NCBI GenBank assembly: GCA_050247195.1 | Contig: JBFWUP010000004.1 | Location: forward strand, 64,537 to 128,536 | Length of the DNA stretch: 64,000 nucleotides | DNA from: Candidatus Melainabacteria bacterium | Lineage (GTDB): Bacteria > Cyanobacteriota > Vampirovibrionia > Vampirovibrionales > Vampirovibrionaceae | Direction of reading: 5' to 3' | In this document: one piece after another, positions 60,871-64,000 of the stretch | How the letters are laid out: each line of letters starts with the position of its first letter | How positions within the stretch are numbered: the first letter of the stretch is position 1 | Notes under the pieces: generated by a model | Databases searched by the model: none | What the model was told of the DNA's origin: nothing | What the model saw: the letters and a program-made list of their open reading frames with translations, nothing else | Translations under genes and position numbers: made by a program

Positions 60871-61963
60871 GCGTGATCCAATCCTGGTACTTGGGCACTT
60901 TGTTTCTCACCACATCAAAGTAGAGTTCCTGAAGCTGTTTGGTGAGCTTGCCCACCTGGCCATCGCCAATAGCACGCAGGTCAATTTTGGTGATGGGCGA
61001 CACCTGGGCGCCGGTGCCGCAGTAAAAGGCTTCATCGGCGTGGTAGAGTTCCGTGCGGTCAATCACGCGCTCTTCGGTATCCATTCCCAGTTCTTCCTTG
61101 GCCAGGCGCATAATGCAGTGGCGCGTGATGCCTTCCAGAATGTTCTGGTTGACGCCCGGCGTAATCAGCTTGCCGTCGCGGATCAGGAACAGGTTCATCG
61201 CACTGCCTTCCGAGACATGTCCCTGCTCGGTGAGGAAAATGGCTTCATCAAAGCCCATTTTCTTGGCGTCGGTCACGGCCAGCGCCGTGTTCATATACGC
61301 CCCGCCCGCCTTGGCGCGCGGCGGAATGCTGTTATCCGACAAACGACGCCAGGAAGAGACGCACACACTGAGGCCCTTGGTGATATCCACGTAATTGCCC
61401 AGCGGGTTGGTCCACAGGCAGAACTCGGTTTTGGTGGCTTCCAGGTTGGGGCCGATGTTGGTGCCGGTTTTGTAGAGCGTCGGGCGGATGTAGGTATCCG
61501 TACGCGGCGCGTTTTTGCGGATGAGCTCCACGGTCACATCCATCAGCTTATCCAGGCTCAGCCCCAGGTCATGGAAGGGATCCATGTGGAAGATGTGGGC
61601 GTTGCGAATCAAGCGCTCGTAATGCTCGCGCATACAGAAAATCGCGATGGCGTTGGACTCCGGCAGGTAATACCCGCGAACGCCTTCAAACAACGAGGTG
61701 CCATACAGAAAAGCATGCGTTTTGATGCTGATTTTGGCGTCTTCAAGCGGGACAAACTGCCCCTCAAAATAGGTATACTCGGACACGGGGGCTTCCTTAC
61801 TGGATTTTGCGGCTGAGGCGGATGCAGGGGCCTCGCCCGACTTTGATTTTTTCGACGGGGTCTTCGGCTGCGTGAGGCTCATGACGAGGGTGAACCACCT
61901 TTCGTTGGGATGGCTTCTATGATACGCTGATCCGCACGGAGTGACAAGCATCCGGAAGCCCAT
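60857..61963 (-). CDS. ilvE: Branched-chain amino acid aminotransferase (with a Lys/Ser/Ala-rich N-terminal extension if the first ATG is used)
   Basis: It shows a class IV aminotransferase pattern (…FEGVRGYY…, PLP-lysine region). An internal Met at 61882 is an alternative start. Confidence 0.85.
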   Translation of the reverse strand: MGFRMLVTPCGSAYHRSHPNERWFTLVMSLTQPKTPSKKSKSGEAPASASAAKSSKEAPVSEYTYFEGQFVPLEDAKISIKTHAFLYGTSLFEGVRGYYLPESNAIAIFCMREHYERLIRNAHIFHMDPFHDLGLSLDKLMDVTVELIRKNAPRTDTYIRPTLYKTGTNIGPNLEATKTEFCLWTNPLGNYVDITKGLSVCVSSWRRLSDNSIPPRAKAGGAYMNTALAVTDAKKMGFDEAIFLTEQGHVSEGSAMNLFLIRDGKLITPGVNQNILEGITRHCIMRLAKEELGMDTEERVIDRTELYHADEAFYCGTGAQVSPITKIDLRAIGDGQVGKLTKQLQELYFDVVRNKVPKYQDWITLVTL

Positions 61964-63551
61964 TATGACCCCACAAGCGCCTCACCTGGCCCATCAGCCC
62001 GTCGTCCTCCTCATTCTCGACGGCTGGGGAATCCGCGACAACGGCCCCTACGCCAAAGAGGGCAACGCCATCGATCTGGCCCACCCGTCCCGTTACGATG
62101 CGCTGATGGCGAAATACCCGCATATTGCCGTGGACGCCTCCGGCAAAGCTGTGGGACTGCCCGACGGCCAGATGGGCAATTCCGAAGTGGGACATTCCAT
62201 TATCGGCGCCGGCCGCATTCTTTATCAGGATTACGTGCGCATTAACACCGCCATTGAAGACGGTTCGTTTTTCACCAATCCGGTGCTGACCGACGCCGTG
62301 AAGCACGTTCAGAAGACCGGCGGCACGCTGCATCTGATGGGTCTGGTCAGTGACGGTGGGGTGCACAGCGATCTGGGACACCTGCTCAGCCTGCTGGATC
62401 TCGCGCATGACAACAACCTGAAAAACGTGCGCGTGCATGCGTTCCTGGATGGCCGCGATGTGTCGCCCAAAAGCGCCGAAGCCTATCTGCGCACGGTGGA
62501 GGAAAACCTGCTGGCCATGGATTACCCGCAGATCGCCACGGTGGCCGGTCGCTATTTCGCCATGGATCGCGATAACCGCTGGGACCGTGTACAGAAAGCT
62601 TACGAAAACCTCGTGGCGCCCAAGGGCGAAATCTACAGCCCGCTCTCGCTGGATGCCGTGCAGAGCAGTTATGAAAACCACGGCAAAACGGATGAATTCG
62701 TGGAGCCCGCAGTCTGCGACATCACCTATGGCGGCATGAACGACGGCGATGCGATTATTTTCTTCAACTTCCGGCCGGACCGCGCCCGCGAGATCACCCG
62801 CGCCTTCACGCAGAAAGATTTTGACGGCTTTGAACGCAGCAAGGTGCTGAACAACCTGTACTTTGCCTGCCTCACCACCTACGACGAAACCTACGGTCTG
62901 CCCGTGGCGTTTCCCAAGGTCCGCGTCACCCGGATTCTGGGCGAACTGCTGAGCGAGGCCGGCCTGAAACAGTTCCGCACGGCGGAAACGGAAAAGTACG
63001 CCCACGTGACGTTCTTTTTTAACAACGGGCGCGAGGAACCTTTCCCCGGCGAGGACCGCAAACTGGTCGCCTCACCCAAGGTGGCCACGTACGATCTCCA
63101 GCCGGCGATGAGCCTGCCTGCCGTGCGCGATGCCCTGGTGGAGGCCATTGGCAGCGGTCAGTATGCATTTCTGGTCGCCAACTTCGCCAACCCGGACATG
63201 GTGGGCCACACCGGTGTGCTGAACGCCGCCGTGGAAGCCGTGCAGGCGATTGACGAAGCGATTGGCATGACGGCCGACGCCGTGCTGAAAGCGGGCGGCG
63301 TGCTGCTGCTGACGGCGGATCACGGCAACATTGAAACCATGATTGACGCCGACGGCGGCCCGCACACGGCGCACACCACCAACCTGGTGCCGCTGCTGAT
63401 GGTCAGCAACGACGCCGCGCTGGGGCTCGACACTGCAACCACGCACGGACTAAGCACCATCGCCCCTACCATCCTGGCGCTCTTGGGCCTGCCCCAGCCG
63501 CCGGAAATGACGGCCGAAAGCATCCTCACCAGAGCGAGTGTCAGCGTTTAA
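61941..63551 (+). CDS. gpmI: 2,3-bisphosphoglycerate-independent phosphoglycerate mutase
   Basis: The N-terminus reads VVLLILDGWG, …SDGGVHS… follows, and the product is 536 aa. Confidence 0.9.
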   Translation: MTSIRKPIMTPQAPHLAHQPVVLLILDGWGIRDNGPYAKEGNAIDLAHPSRYDALMAKYPHIAVDASGKAVGLPDGQMGNSEVGHSIIGAGRILYQDYVRINTAIEDGSFFTNPVLTDAVKHVQKTGGTLHLMGLVSDGGVHSDLGHLLSLLDLAHDNNLKNVRVHAFLDGRDVSPKSAEAYLRTVEENLLAMDYPQIATVAGRYFAMDRDNRWDRVQKAYENLVAPKGEIYSPLSLDAVQSSYENHGKTDEFVEPAVCDITYGGMNDGDAIIFFNFRPDRAREITRAFTQKDFDGFERSKVLNNLYFACLTTYDETYGLPVAFPKVRVTRILGELLSEAGLKQFRTAETEKYAHVTFFFNNGREEPFPGEDRKLVASPKVATYDLQPAMSLPAVRDALVEAIGSGQYAFLVANFANPDMVGHTGVLNAAVEAVQAIDEAIGMTADAVLKAGGVLLLTADHGNIETMIDADGGPHTAHTTNLVPLLMVSNDAALGLDTATTHGLSTIAPTILALLGLPQPPEMTAESILTRASVSV

Positions 63552-63572
63552 TTTTTTTGCTCTGCAGGCGTT

Positions 63573-63968
63573 CTAGCGCAGCGTGAGTTGTTCCCCGCGC
63601 AGGCGCCAGGTCAGCGGCTGAGAAGTCGTCGGTAGCGCCAGCGGCTGCAGCCACTGCAGGCGGCCATCCACCGGCGATTCTCCCACGCGCAGCGGGCAGT
63701 CATCCGCCTGACCCAATGGCACACTGGTGCTCAGCGCTTCCACACAGAAGCCGCCCAACCGCAGGGAGAACAGCTGCCCGGCATCCCGGTTGTTCAGCGC
63801 GGCCAGCAGGGGCTGGGCAGACCACCGATCGGCGGGCGGCGCCAGCGTGAGCGCGCCGCGATCCGCCAACACGACTGTTCGCCCGGGCAGCAGGGCATCC
63901 AGTTTTGCTTTGGCCGTCAGCAGTGTTTCAGGAATCACCACACTCTGCGTCCGGGTTTCACTCAGCAC
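63573..63968 (-). CDS. Hypothetical protein (may extend beyond window edge)
   Basis: It is an ORF only and no motif was recognised. Confidence 0.25.
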   Translation of the reverse strand: MLSETRTQSVVIPETLLTAKAKLDALLPGRTVVLADRGALTLAPPADRWSAQPLLAALNNRDAGQLFSLRLGGFCVEALSTSVPLGQADDCPLRVGESPVDGRLQWLQPLALPTTSQPLTWRLRGEQLTLR

Positions 63969-64000
63969 GGGCTTCAGCGCCGAAGCAAGCGCTGTGTGGC

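Overview
This is a high-GC (about 60-65%) bacterial chromosomal segment, mostly housekeeping genes. It carries uppP, arcC, a cysteine desulfurase, ruvB, uvrB, accB and accC, efp, tsaE and tsaB, pdxJ, pilB and pilC, prmC, dnaK, rpsF, ssb, nadE, pckA, bioB, purA, a yceD-rpmF-plsX-fabH-fabD-fabG-acpP-fabF operon, mlaE, ilvE and gpmI. Two tRNA genes are present: Lys-TTT on the minus strand and Ser-GCT on the plus strand. Several accessory or unusual stretches interrupt the core. (1) A low-GC islet between ruvB and uvrB holds a VapBC toxin-antitoxin pair, an AT-rich 4-TM membrane protein and a lipoprotein gene split by a frameshift at a C5 tract. (2) A roughly 140-bp module consisting of an AT-rich promoter-like motif, a G-poor transcript and an intrinsic terminator occurs three times around a SAM methyltransferase with a Cys-rich N-terminus, two of the copies inverted relative to each other. 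The same promoter motif, built on a TTGTTTTTAT core, also precedes a tandem array of four low-complexity Gly/Pro/Tyr-rich paralogous genes at 43.7-47.5 kb that abuts tRNA-Lys, and a small ORF at 49.4 kb. (3) A GC-rich palindromic REP-like repeat of the form CCCCTCACCCCCC-N-CCCCCTCTCCCCAAGGGGCGAGGGGG lies in at least seven intergenic sites, and inverted copies flank a DUF559 Vsr-like nuclease gene. (4) A lysine-rich histone-H1-like protein sits behind a 500-bp AT-rich leader and next to an orphan gamma-class N6-adenine DNA methyltransferase, and a SET-domain protein lies 22 kb away. (5) Other oddities are a stand-alone FlgB/FlgC-like rod protein, a secreted protein made of REDRRDR charged repeats, an L32 with a His-rich tail, an S6 with an RGD-repeat tail, and an inverted repeat upstream of uvrB. 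No CRISPR array, integrase or transposase was seen. All functional calls rest on reading motifs in the supplied translations, since no database search could be run.
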